From Geosiphon pyriformis uo1 (Eukaryota; Fungi; Glomeromycota): a DNA stretch of 35,263 nucleotides. Position numbers and translations under genes: made by a program. Numbering within the stretch: position 1 is the stretch's first letter; each line of letters begins with the position of its first letter. Positions 1 to 13,463 of this stretch are shown here, one piece after another. The notes beneath the pieces are model-generated. The model was not told the DNA's origin and searched no databases. It saw only the letters and a list, made by a program, of their open reading frames with translations. The stretch spans positions 1 through 35,263 of the forward strand of contig JAAOMT010000530.1 in NCBI GenBank assembly GCA_016748015.1, read 5' to 3'.

Positions 1-1009
1 ATCTAAAAAAAAAAGGTGCTTGCTAAAACAAAAATATTTTTAATAAGTTTGAGCAAGGATAAGAATGCTAATGCTTGAATATTAGTTACTGGGACAATAT
101 AGTGAGTATTAAAAGTTTTCAAGATAGTCTAAAGCGATATAAGGCAGCTACCGAAATAGATTTTCAAAGATTTCGAGAATAATAATTCCACAAATCAAAT
201 TTAATTTTAAAAAGTTTAATATTTATCGTAGGATTATTCCAAGGGCAGATAACGAATTTGATTTATACAAACTCTTTTGTAACTTTGGCTCTAAAGATAT
301 AACTACTTCACCTATTTTTATAGCGAAAGGATATTCTTTCTGTGATAGAAGTTTAGCTATTTCTTTTGGGTTTTGTAAACCTTGGGGGAGTAATTACTTT
401 TCAAAAACTTAAGAGGTTTCGGAGTCTGATGCAAAGTTATCATTACCAGTTTGGTTTGTTAGTTTCTTGTGAGAAACATTATAAAAGGTTGATTGGAAAT
501 AAAAACGGAAAAATAAATGAAAGTTAGAGTTTTATAAAGAGTAAGGAAGAAATCGGGTTGCTAAAGGCTAGGGTAATATTAGCTTTTAATTAAAATTTTC
601 AATTTTCAATTTTCTTACTTTTATTAATTTTTTTACTTTTTCTTTAGCCAAATTTAGAAACTGAGTAACACTTGATTTAATTTCGTGCCTTTGCTATTGC
701 TATAAAGTTTTATTAACTATTGAAGCTTTGAAATTCTACCATGGAACCAATAAGAAACTATGATTATAACTTATGATGAAGAAATAGCCAAAATACGTTA
801 GCTCACAGAAGAAATTGACACTAGAAAAAGTAATATTTTTTAATAATAATTCTAGTAGTAATTATTATTTATTTACAGGCATAATTACAATTTCGTCTTT
901 TCTGGTGTTAAATTTTTTTGAATAAAAGATTTCGTGACTAATTAAGTTAAGTATTCATTCTAACTGTTTTTCATTACATTATATATAGAAAGTCTCGCCG
1001 TATTACAAT

Positions 1010-1674
1010 NNNNNNNNNNNNNNNNNNNNNNNNNNNNNNNNNNNNNNNNNNNNNNNNNNNNNNNNNNNNNNNNNNNNNNNNNNNNNNNNNNNNNNNNNNN
1101 NNNNNNNNNNNNNNNNNNNNNNNNNNNNNNNNNNNNNNNNNNNNNNNNNNNNNNNNNNNNNNNNNNNNNNNNNNNNNNNNNNNNNNNNNNNNNNNNNNNN
1201 NNNNNNNNNNNNNNNNNNNNNNNNNNNNNNNNNNNNNNNNNNNNNNNNNNNNNNNNNNNNNNNNNNNNNNNNNNNNNNNNNNNNNNNNNNNNNNNNNNNN
1301 NNNNNNNNNNNNNNNNNNNNNNNNNNNNNNNNNNNNNNNNNNNNNNNNNNNNNNNNNNNNNNNNNNNNNNNNNNNNNNNNNNNNNNNNNNNNNNNNNNNN
1401 NNNNNNNNNNNNNNNNNNNNNNNNNNNNNNNNNNNNNNNNNNNNNNNNNNNNNNNNNNNNNNNNNNNNNNNNNNNNNNNNNNNNNNNNNNNNNNNNNNNN
1501 NNNNNNNNNNNNNNNNNNNNNNNNNNNNNNNNNNNNNNNNNNNNNNNNNNNNNNNNNNNNNNNNNNNNNNNNNNNNNNNNNNNNNNNNNNNNNNNNNNNN
1601 NNNNNNNNNNNNNNNNNNNNNNNNNNNNNNNNNNNNNNNNNNNNNNNNNNNNNNNNNNNNNNNNNNNNNNNNNN
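1010..1674. other. Scaffold gap (665 N)
   Basis: Run of N; the 974..1711 ORF is an artefact of it. Confidence 0.99.
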
Positions 1675-4600
1675 TTGATAAACTGCTGATCAACGATTTT
1701 AAAAAGTTCAAGTTTTTGAAAATTTATATATTAAATTTCTTATATACAAATTTTATCTGTTGAATATTTTTAAAAATAATTAAGCATACATTTTGTATAT
1801 TATTCAAAAGTTATATTGATTTAAATAAATAATTTTAATGGCAGAATTCATAATTAATAGTTTTAATCATTTTGAAAATAGATAATTTTACACACCTGTG
1901 CATCAAGATCTGTATTTATATTTAATATTGTAATAAACCATTTTTTTTGGTTATTATGGTGGTTTGGACTTAATGATTAAAAAACACATTTGTTGAAAAT
2001 GTTAATTTTTAACCAATTGACTTATTATACTAATATAAATAATATAAAGTTTTCAATGCTAAATATAGTAGTAAATGACAATTTAAGAAAGAAGAATAAT
2101 GTTAATTAATTTATTTTAAGCAAAAGAGATCTTTAATAAAAACATTAAGCCAAAGAACTTATGAAATAAGATCATTTTGTTTTCATTTTTATCTTCAAAA
2201 TGAACTTCAAGTTTCAAGGGCCTTCAATAAATTTCTTAAATTGGTAACTATTAGGAAGGTAATTTTCACAAATTCTATTGTTTTTTAACTTGACAATTTA
2301 AAAAAATCAAATATTGGATAAATAAATCTTACTGGGTACTTTAAATTTTGAAAATAAAATACTTTTTTCAAAGTTTATTTTTTAAAGCATGAAATTAAAA
2401 TGAATCTTCCTAATTCTAAAATACTCTTAAAGACAAAGATTAGAATTTTCAAAAAAAATAATTGCTAAGACAAAAATAATTCGATCAAAATTATTTAATA
2501 ATTTGTTTATTCCTTAAATTAAGTATAATTTTGATCTTTTTATATTTTTTTCTAAAGAAAATGGCATAGAATTGTTATTTTTAAAAGTTGTTCTCCTATG
2601 TATTTTGAAGAAAAATTCAATCTCAAGAATTTGTGAATATTTGATTTAGTTGTGAGCAAGCTAAAATTATTGGAAACCTCTGTTAATGTGATCATTTAAG
2701 AAAATTATCCCAATATTTTAACACTATCTTGTGCAGAAAATATCTAATCAATCTTCTTTATTTTTACAGTCTTTTCTAATTTAGAAGTTCTATTTTGCAA
2801 GACTTGAAATACATTTTTCAATACATGCTTTAAAAAAAAATTGGTTAGCATTAATAATTTAAAAACAAAAAAAAATTTCGGGTCTAATTAAATGTTATCA
2901 TGCAAATCTGAAAAGATATTATAAAGAAATTAAAATAGTAGCGAAAATACAATTAAATCAGGACCAAAAAGTTTATTTTTCAATATTGTATTTGGTTAAA
3001 AAATTATAAAGCAAATAAAAAAAGCTTTCTTCAAAATAGAATGCTTATATATGTTCAAACTAATTGCTAAATGTGCTTGAGCCAAATTTTTTACTCAATC
3101 TTGATTTTTTTTATTGCTTATTTAATATCACATAAGATACATATTAATTTACAGAAAATTATTATGTTTCAAGTAATGATTTATCAATAATAAAAATAAT
3201 ATTTTTTATTTAATTCGAGAAATTTTCAGATCTTATTTAAAAGCCAATTTTTTCGAAAGCATTTTCATATGAAAAAATAAATTTGACAGTTTTTGTAATT
3301 GAAAATAAAAAGTAGATATAGACTCCATTCATGTTATTTTAAGTATTCTTTCCAATGTCTGATTATTATTAAACAATATGCAACTACCATAAACAGATAA
3401 TTGTCATGTAACAAGATATCTTAAAAAGAGTAAATTGATTAAAGAAAAATTAACTAATAAATTATTTTTGAAATTCTTTATATGAAAAATATGTTAAAAA
3501 TTAACATGAATTTAATTGTGAAAATTTTAAAAGTAAGCTTTGGTTTTTTAAAATTTCCAATAAATTTTTATATTTTTTTAATATTTAGCTTTTTAACTTC
3601 CAAATCTACCAAGTAATTTAGTGTGCTAAAAGCAATAAAATATGCAGAATTACTGCAAAACATTTTAACACTTTTTGTTTTTTGTAGTATTAATTTCTGT
3701 TATAATAATAAATAAAAAATACCAAAAAATTTATAAAAAGCATTTGAACTTTATTTGAATACAGTAAAGATAGAAAGTTTAGTTGTATAATACTTTGTTT
3801 TTATAGTAGATTAAGAATAATAAATAATTTGAAAATAAGCAGAAAATTCATGTTCACTAAACAAACTTAAGAACTTGAAAAAATTAAATTATTGCTGGTG
3901 ATAAAAAAAATTTTTAATTTGAAATCGAAATTGATTAAAAAAATTCAAATATATTTGCTGTTATTAATTTGAAAATTCTAAGCTTATAAAGGATTATTTT
4001 TATTAATACTCCTAAAAATTTTAATAACAATCTTAGATCTTTAGAGTCTTATAATAAAATTTATTATTATTATTATAAATAATACCAATTTATTTGCACT
4101 GCTAATAAGTTAAAGCTTAAATAAACATCAATGTCTAACTTTTTTAATTTTAATATCAAAAATTATGAAATTTTAAAATATTATTATAAATAGATATTTA
4201 ATTTAAGATTTATTTGATTATTATTAGCAAGCAATAAATGAAATTTTTATTACAAATTACTTTATATTAAAGTATTTTTTGATAAAGTTTGTGTATCCAT
4301 TGAAATTAGTTTTATTTAAAAATTTTTACTTTAAGCGCTTTATTTATATATAATAAATGTGATATTTTGTTAAAATTCATAACTGGCGGTCACCTTTTAG
4401 TTACAAATATAAAAACAAGTATTACATTATTATAAATATAAAATAAGATTAAATCTTTGCTATTTATACTGAAAGTTATTTTTAGCAAAAAATCTGGTAA
4501 AAAATTAAGCTTTAACAAATGTAATACTAAAACTATTAAGTTTAAATATATATTAATTCAGTGCTTTTTAATAAACCTCGATTTTTTTTGAGCGTATTTA

Positions 4601-5189
4601 TTAAAAAACTGGTATTTTTGTAATGTATTTGTGTAGTAAATGGTATTAAAAATTTATTTTAATAAATTTTTAATTTGTAAAAATGAACAAACAGCTTAAA
4701 AACAGATTTTAATAAACCAAAAAAAGTAGTTTTGTATTTAAAACAAATTAATCAAAATTTTACCATTTGTGATAATGTTAATATTCAGAAGTTTTTCACC
4801 AAATGCAATTTTTCTTTAAAGTATTAGTCTCAAAAATAGTTATATAAAAAGTTTTTTCAAACTTGAAAATAATAATAATAATAATATATTTTAACAATAA
4901 TCGGAATTAGATAACCAACAAATAAAACATGTTTAACCACATATTTGAGTAACAATATTACTAATTTTATAAACTATACAGCCAAAAAGAAAATTAAACA
5001 ATTTAACCTTAAAAATATTATATGAAACAATTACTTTTTTTCACTTAAAATAAAAAAGATCTAAATATTGTTTTTTTTACATGAAAACTGAGCAGTAAGC
5101 AAAAGCAGAATTAGCAGATTCAGATTCCTTAATACAAACAATAGCATATTGTTACAAGCCAGTAGGTTTTAACTTATCAGCAGAAACCT

Positions 5190-7415
5190 TTCAAGTATCT
5201 TTATTGAATATTTATTAAAAGAATTTTTTACATTGTTGCACAGTAAAAACTTAAACACCATTTAAAATCTATAATTTGAAGTAATTAAAAAACACAAATA
5301 TCTATCTAAAAGTTGTAGCATATCAGCTCAAGAGTATTTTTATGATTTTGGTCTGTGATAAAAAACCTAAACTTTAGAAATTATAAGTTGTTTAATAAAA
5401 AGTCTTTTTCAAGTTTTAAAATAGATAAATGTTATTCTTTAACTTCATTGTAGGGCTTAAAAGAGTAGGCTATAAAATATATCGCCAGTGAAATTTTATT
5501 AGACAGCACAACCTTCAGACAATGTATAATTAAATTATATAAAAGCAAATTTATCTTTTTATCATTTGAAAAACTTCATACTCCTCGACAGAAAAATACA
5601 CCCGTTGATTTTCTGATCCAAGTAAAGCATGTTCATATTGACCTCCCTTTTGACAAAAGCACTTTGAACTATTTTTAAAATCATTGCCATACAATCCAAT
5701 ATTGGCCTCTCCAAAAGTGGGTCCACAATATAAGCCACCAAAAGGTCCATATTCTGCAACAAATTTGCTAAGTATAGCATTTTCAGCTTTGTCATCTCCA
5801 AGAGAAAAAATAAAACTTCCTTTTCCCTCTAAATATCCATTCCTAGAATGCCAAAATTGTGGGTTAAAGCCACCAATTATCTGACCAGTTCCTTTCACTT
5901 TGATTACGCTAATTGTTGCTCCTTTATCATCGCATAATCGATGAAAATTTGCTGAAGTAAATCCGTCTCGACTGCCTCGAAGTAATAATTTAAAATTATT
6001 TTCAAGTTGATTTCCAAAAGGAGTATTTTCGTCTTTTCCTTGAATCCAATGATCAAGCTGTTTTATGTTTTGCGATTTAAGAAGCTTTGTATCAATATTT
6101 GATCGAGTCAAACGTAATGGCTGAGCGTCTACAGACTTTTGATGACTACCCGGTACGAGGTAATGATGTAAAAGATCTTCATATAAAGTTCCAGGTAAGA
6201 TTCTCGCAAATGGTTTTACTTTGTGATAAAAGTCGACTGAAGATATGTTAAAGAAGCGGATTAAAGGTAGAAGCCTTTCGATGGATTCCTTAAAGGCGTT
6301 AAAGTTTTCATCTGTCCAGTAAAGAACTTTTTTCGTCTGAATATCGCTATCCAATTTAGCAACTCCCCATTCTACAATCTTTTCCCAAATTTCAGATTCT
6401 TTTATATTTATTTCATCCTGGGTTAAAATTGAGACAAGAGCATTTTCACTAAGGGAGGTAAAATCTTGCGAGTTGAAGACTATAGCTGGATTTTCAGCAG
6501 CTATTTCGGTGCAGAATTTTTGTAACTTTTTGAAAGAATCATACATAAATGAAGTTTTCTGCAAAGTGGCGAAATTTACTTCTAGCTCTTTTGCACGGTG
6601 TTCAATCAAATAGTCTTCAAGGTGATCAATCATGTTTTCTAGAATAAGCTCGTCAGCGGTAACAAGAACTTCTAAAATGGTAGGTACTCCATGTTTATCA
6701 AGAGAAATCTCGCCGTTATAAATGTATCTGCAGAAAAATAAAAGTGAATTTCATGTTGGTCAAAATATTCAAAGCAAATTAAAACCCTAACCTGAGAATT
6801 ATTTCAAAAATCTTTGGTGAAATATTGGGTTTAGGGAGGATTATGGTATTATTTTCCCTTTTAATCCAATTGCTAGAGAGTGCGACAGCAAAATATGGTG
6901 ATCTTGCTGCTAAAATTTGGGAATGAGCTTGAAAAGTTCTAATATTGGGCGTTTCGCCAACTATAATTCTAATATCAGAGAACTCCTGACTGTTAAATAA
7001 ATTCCCAAAATCATTGGATAAAGCGTGAAAGTATTGTTGAGGTGACATCGGTAAAATATGTGAAGTCTGTGTGAAGTCTTTTTCCCTACAATCAGTATTT
7101 ATGCTAGTCATATACTTATCCGGAGCAGAAGTCACATTTTAATCTGCACTTATTTTGGCCTATTAAATATTTTCTTTGTAATCAAATCGCCTCCAAAGAT
7201 TAGAGCCCTATTTGAAAAGTGTGAAATATCTAAAGAGCCGAATTTTCGGTTTTTTTATTGAGTTAGCAATATAAACAGATTTTATCGCCCAAAATGATAA
7301 TTGAGTGAAACTTTTGATCTTAAAAATCTGTACAATGAATAACTTTGTTCTTAATAAAAAAAACTTTTAGGGCAGTTCATTTATTAATTTTATATTTCAT
7401 TATACCATGTAATAA
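5190..7415 (-). repeat. Left arm of inverted segmental duplication (partner ~15820-17965)
   Basis: Reverse complement aligns by eye with 15820-17965, including ~370 bp upstream and ~360 bp downstream non-coding sequence (e.g. ctctaatctttggaggcgatttgattaca; aatttctaaagtttaggtttt). Ends are approximate. Confidence 0.85.
5551..7048 (-). CDS. BTB/POZ-BACK-TLDc domain protein, copy 1 (complete, ~477 aa; exons 7048-6792 and 6727-5551; alternative in-frame ATG at 7111)
   Basis: BTB motif FSDIRIIVGE..FQAHSQILAARSPYF..PNISPKIFEIILR|YIYNG joined across a 64-bp GT-AG intron (6791-6728). BACK-like FTSLSENALVSILTQDEINIKESEIWEKIVEWG..LLPLIRF. TLDc motifs FKLLLRGSRDGF..FHRLCDDKGATI..IGGFNP..SFIFS..GPTFG..VEEYEVF. 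The MSPQQ ATG is the only start shared by all three copies. Confidence 0.93.
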
Positions 7416-9249
7416 TCCATTTTTTAAATTAATCAGGATTTATGCTTAAAAAAGCATTTTTTTAAAATAAGTCATTCACAAATTGGTCCATTTTTCCCAT
7501 GCTTATATCCCTATTTTAAAATATTTCAGATTATTTAATGATAAAGAATTAAAAAAATATTTTGCGAGTAATTTTTTATCTATAATAAAAGTTAATCAAA
7601 TTTAATAATACACTTTTGAATTATACAAAGTTTTTATCGATTTTTAAAGTTCTAGTTTAAATATCTTATTTGCAATAAGTAATCTTTTTTATTGTGTACA
7701 ATTTCTATAAAATCTGTCATGAGTTCTTAACATTGTTTCTACAATGCTTACAAAATCTACAATGATGTACATATAATCAGTACAAAGTGTATGATAAATT
7801 TATGAGTAGATATATTGATAAAATAAGTTTTTGTTTTGTATTCATAGAAAAATAATGGTCGGCTATTGCTGCTGGCTTATTAAATAAATGTACTATTTTA
7901 AACATTTTTCTTATAATAGGTATGCATAATCTAATTTTGGTTTGTCATCTTGAGAAATACTAATCAAATTATTTAAAAAACTTACGGCAAGGTTTTTGCC
8001 AACTTGATCAATACTAAACAATAATGCTCATTAATTTAAACATTTATTTCAGCTCAAGCAATTAAGTTAATTGCAATTCAAACTGAATAATAGTTTTATT
8101 TGGTAGCAAAAGTATTTAAATGTAATAAAAAAAGATATGTAAACAAAATCTATTTTGCAAAATAAATTTGAAATTTATCAAGCTTTGTTTTTAATTTCTT
8201 GCCTTTTTTTTAAAGTTTGGCTTGCATAGCAACATAATATTTAAGTTTTCTTAGCTTTTTTCTGTTTAGCAATTTTATTATCAACTGTTTTCACTTTTTT
8301 AATAAAGTATGTCAAAAATTATTATTATCAGGTCTATTTATTATTTATATACACTGTTTTTATTTTATTAAGCCTTACTTATACATATTTTGACCAATAG
8401 TATTGATATAAGATCAATTATGTCAGAAGAAGATTGTTGCTCAAAAATAAGTTAGATTAATAATGTAAATATTTGTTATATGTATTTTTAATAAAATCAG
8501 ATTACTGCAAAAGTTGGATTAAAAAGTGTCTTAATTTTGGTTTCAACATATTTTGCATTTCTTTTTTAATTTTTTTTATGTTAAAATTAATTTCTTCACA
8601 AAATTTTTCTAATTTTAAGAAATTTTAGAATAAATTAAGTAAATAATTTTACACATATTACAATATTTTTAATAGAGATTTTCTGGATTGTTATAAAAGA
8701 ATTAAGTTGAAAAACTGGGTGCTAAAAAAAAAGTGATCAGCATAATACATATTAAAAATAATCTGCAGCATTTAAAATCTAGTACGTAAGCATTAGACTT
8801 TTTTTACAAGAAGAGAATAATACAGCATGTGTGCATTAAGCATTTATAATATAACAACAAACATAGAAACATTTATAATAATATACACACTAATTAAACT
8901 TATGGCTTATATAATATAATATAAATGTTCATTACAATTAGAAATTAGTACTATTAACTTATACGTGTTCTTATCTTAAATTTAGGTTATAGATTAATTT
9001 TTAACTAATCTGAAAAAAATATGAAAACAAATGCTTAAATCTTGCTTGAAATACTAATAAAATGACAAGGAAACAATTTATCTATAATGCTTTCTTTTAT
9101 TTCACACTTTAATTATTAACCAATCAAAAATAAGATTACACAGGAAAGAGAGATGAGGACGTTAGTAAAGTTTAATAACGTGATTTCTGGTGTTCCCAAA
9201 GATCCTGGTTAACAAAAAAGAATAAGCCAAACTAATTTCAAGTTCTGTA

Positions 9250-10260
9250 CAGACGGGTCACACAAAATTAGCACGATTTCTTCAAAATTAACAACCTTGA
9301 AATTGCACTTGCATTGTTATTGTTCATAAAAAAAGACACCCGTCTTTGTTTAATTTATTATTTGATTAAAGAGCGACTTGAAAATCCCAAATATATACAC
9401 AAATAGTGTCACCAAAAAGATCTTGGTAAAAATGAATTTATTATGATAAACGATAAGAGGCAAAAATTGGGCGCATAATTGGACAGTCTGCTATTTGTGT
9501 TAAAAATTTTAAGAAATTAGAATCAACGAAAAGAATGCAGCAATAAAAAAGATACCAAAACATCTGCTTACAGCCGAAATCTCATCTAAAATTCAAATAT
9601 CTATGTCCATTAGTACTTAAATAAAAAATAATACTAAATCCTATATAATGGGTAAGAAACCAATGATTAATGAAGTAAATCGAATCAAATGGTTAAAGTG
9701 CTAAAACCTACAAGCATTGAGTCAAAGAGTATTAGCGATGTGCTGTTTGGACAGACTAATCCTCTATAAGTGAGCTTAACAACTCTGATCATACACGAGC
9801 AAAAATTAAAAGTGCACATAAATCTATTGTGATATGGAAATTTATTAGCAAACAATTTGATTCATACCGCTTCACATATGACTGGTGAAGCATATGGAAG
9901 CCTTTATATTAGATATAGTTTATCCAATGGTTAGACCGCTGAAAAAGCAATATTTTAAGAAGATAACACTCCAATTCACAAGTCCAAGGTTTTGAAAGAA
10001 CTCCAAGATAATCTTGGAATTGTGAGTTTGGAAATGACCTCCACAATCACCAGATTTTATTCCAATAGAAATAAGTGGAGGGAAGTTAATAATTGGGAAA
10101 GCCAAAACCGAAAGCCACGAACAGAAACTGACTTGGAAAAGGCAGTCTTTAATGGATCAAATGCTATATTATTAAACAAAATTCTTCAATTTATGGACTC
10201 GATGCCAAAACACGTTAAAAAAAGGGTTATGTAACCTATTGGTAGACGTTTGTTTTTCAA
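9250..10260 (+). mobile_element. Decayed Tc1/mariner transposase relic
   Basis: Frame-broken motifs KKPMINEVNRIKWLK (~9655), VWTD*S, SIVIWKF, YFKKDNTPIHKSK (~9950), *PPQSPDFIPIE (~10035) and MDSMPKHV match the Tc1 DDE consensus (QQDNAPxH, WPPQSPDLNPIENLW). Possible left terminus TA|CAGACGGG at 9248-9257; no matching right TIR seen. Confidence 0.82.
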
Positions 10261-10949
10261 TAAGCAAGTTATAGTGAAAAAGTAATTTTATCCAGGTAAA
10301 AATAATTGGTATCGTTTTTTTATCTCGAAAAAATGTCCTGATTTAGTGTACATCTATTATTTTAATAATCTTTTACACTACTTGAAAAATTAAATAGGCG
10401 TTCCAAAAATAGTACTTGTTGAATTATATTAATATATTTGCTTTGAATTATCATTTTTATTGGTCTTAAACGAAACTAGTATTTAAAAGGCCAAGTTTAC
10501 TTGCTATATTAATAAATAGAACTAACTATAAAGATTATACGCTCTAATCTAATGCATCAAAACTATAAAGTGGTAAAAATCTTCTCTTTCTTTGTCAAGG
10601 GACCTTGAAAGTTATCTTAATCTGCTTTAGAAATAAAGATGTTCTCTTTTTATATTAACATTATTATTTACATATTTTTAGCTATTTAATGTTTGAACTT
10701 TTACAGCATCTTAAATATACTAGTGTTAAAAGATCATCATGGTAATATAACATAAAAATTATAAAAGCAGTTGAAGATTTTGTTGTTTTGTCGTTTTTCA
10801 ATATTTCTTTTATCAGTTTCTCTGGTCCCGAGAAATCTTCAATTTCCAATAAAATTCTTTGGCAATAAGACAAGTATTTTACCATTTATAATATCCATAA
10901 CGAGAACATAGTCATGTGGACGATCTTTATTCATCAATATACAAAAACG

Positions 10950-13265
10950 CTAAACATCCACTATTTGAAATTCTTCATGTATCACGTGAATGAACCAGTC
11001 ATCACGTATATTATTGATATTAGTATTTTTTACAGTCCTAGATATAAATTTTATGAGATCAAGTTTATAGGGCGTCAGGATCTTTCGGCCACCCATTAAC
11101 TATAAAACCAGAAGTTTTTAAGGCGAACTGAAACGTCGTATTTTTTGCAAACCAAAGATCTACTTCAACTTTGGCACATATTGGAGGAAATCGTAGGTAA
11201 TTTTGCCAACTTGGAGATTTTAATTCAGTTCCATGTACCTAATGATAATGAAATGAAAAAGATCATGATTATTTGAAAAGAGTATCTGTTATGTTGATGA
11301 AAAGATTATGGCTTGAAACGAACGTGCTTTTGCAAAATTAATTATTTGTTAGACTTACAAAATTGAATTGCCCTTGCTCTTTATTCTCTTGAAGAAATAC
11401 ATCACCACCTTTTGCTGAAACCATTCGTGTCTCAAAATATACTCTATTGTCTTCGCTTTTTGGTTGTTGTACATTTAAGGTTGCACTCTAACAATGAGAA
11501 TTGTCGACATGATTAATTTCGGTCAATAATAATACAGAAAAGTTAGGTAGAATAATTCGACATACTTGGAATTTTCCAGATGTAATAAATTCCCATGGCT
11601 GGTTTTCAAATGATCGGTCGATGTAACTTCGTGTCAAGTTATTACGAGAGTTGTCATTTAACGAGAGACCCACACATTTTTTATAGTTTACCAGTCCAAT
11701 GATCTTGTAGCATTAGGAATTTTAGGTGTGTAAAATAGTAGACATAAATAACTTCAAAAAAATTATGATTGAAATAACTTACCACAATTACCGCGACAGC
11801 AATGATGAAGGATAAAACCAGAAAACAACCAACTTTGAGCAAGAGGTTTACTAGTTCTGTTCGTTGATGATCTAATGGATACGGAAGAAATTGAAATTTT
11901 AAATATTGAAAAAAAATTTAATTAAAAATGAAAAACCAAAATACATTTTTCCGAGTCAGATTCTCCATTAAAATTTTTTTTCGTCACAACTTTATTGAGA
12001 TCTCCTGTAATTCAATTAGCTTTAGTTTTATTTCGGAAATCTATTAAATAAATTCGTGAGATGACATAGCTATCAATTTACTTGGACTTTGGAAGATTCT
12101 TTGATCATCTTTAAATATTGAACTCATTCGGGTTACTAGAAAAGGAAAGAATGTACAAATTAAATTTATTTTAATAGATATATATTTAAACCTCAATTTT
12201 ATCTGTACCTTTATCATAAAATCGACCACTTGAAGCTAATATTATTGTAAAAGCAATCTATTAGCTTTGTTTAACTTTCTAACCTTTATCATTTGCAAAT
12301 CACAAATATACCTGTCATTATTGGTGCTGGTGGAAGTGCAGTTTGATTTGCATACTGCGGATTTTGGTGTGAATAATGCCGTGTTTGTGAATTCAGTGAG
12401 GAATGCGAAGGATATTTATGGATTATGGGAGGTGGATTTTGAGTTTTGTGGGAATTAAGTGAAGACTGTGAAGAATATTTATGTAGTGCAGGATGTGAAA
12501 ATTGATCTGGCTGCGGCCGATGTGAATCTTGTGAGAAATATTGATTTGTTTGTGGAAGATGCGGAATCTTTGGAGAATATTGGCTTGGTTGCGGAGGCTG
12601 TGGAGGTTGTGGTGTGTATTGAGTTTGTGAAAGACTTAATTTAAATCTGTCTGGAGACTTTGGAGGTCGTGCAACTGGTTTTGGTTGCGAAATGAAATAC
12701 GTGTCTGACATTGGCTTTGTTTGGGATTGTACAATTTGATGTGAGCTTTCAGGTGATGATCGATAAATATTTTCGTCTTCTTGTGGCCGTTCGTAATGTA
12801 GGTCTAAGGAACTCTTTAAACATCCATCATAGGCTGCCGCATCTTTGAAAAAAAATAGAGTTAATTTAGAAATTCATTTCAAAAATTTTGATCATTCTTT
12901 CACAAATAATGGTATAAGTGACGACCTTCCAAAAATTTTTCTTCATGAGAGTTTCCACCCCAAAGATCATCGTATGAGGTTCCTTCAAAAGAAATATTTA
13001 TTAATGAGATGCATTGAATTTCTTCCAAGGATTAAAAACCTCTCAATGTACTTTAAAGGTAAAAGTTACCAGTTTCTGGAGCATGATAAGCTGGGTTATT
13101 TGGATTATAAGATTCGGGTGGGTGATTTTTTGCTGCGTGAAAATTTCAATTGAAATATTATTATTAAGAATTAAAAAGTTGTATAGATCCCATCAAAACA
13201 AGTATATCCATACCCTGGACACCAAAATTTTCATTTCGTCCAGCCTTTTTGTTGAAAATATTCAT
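10950..13265 (-). CDS. Uncharacterised multi-exon single-pass (type II-like) membrane protein, ~457-477 aa: P/Q/S/H-rich N-terminus, one TM helix, beta-rich C-terminal domain
   Basis: Manual splice model with GT-AG introns and an open frame throughout. Exons: 13265-13214, 13132-13070, 12982-12926, 12842-12312, 12235-12209, 12135-12082, 12004-11945, 11871-11783, 11703-11566, 11487-11359, 11238-11093 (or read on to TAA at 11065), 11037-10950. Begins MNIFNKKAGRNENFGVQ; TM segment LLLKVGCFLVLSFIIAVAVIVIIGLV. The last intron and the stop are uncertain. Confidence 0.8.
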
Positions 13266-13463
13266 TTTTTCCTTTAAAATTTGAAGCCGATCAAGTTTTT
13301 AGAAGATCCAAGTTGAAGACACTCAATAAATAGTTGGTTTTGAAAATAATGTCGCTGACTTTAAATAGTTGTCGCACAGGCACAAATGATTAAAGACATA
13401 TGCAAAAAATGCTAAAGTTTATAAACGGCATTAAAATCTGGTTACCTTTTTTTTCCTTTGAAG

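Noticed and set aside
60-480. Minus-strand frame fragments (LPQGLQNPKEIAKLLSQKEYPFAIKIG) in a CpG-retaining patch
   Set aside because: Many stops and no recognisable motif; cannot be assigned.
974-1711. 245-aa ORF
   Set aside because: Almost entirely N gap.
12267-13277. Plus-strand ORFs (63, 61, 102, 87 aa)
   Set aside because: Antisense shadows of the spliced minus-strand gene.
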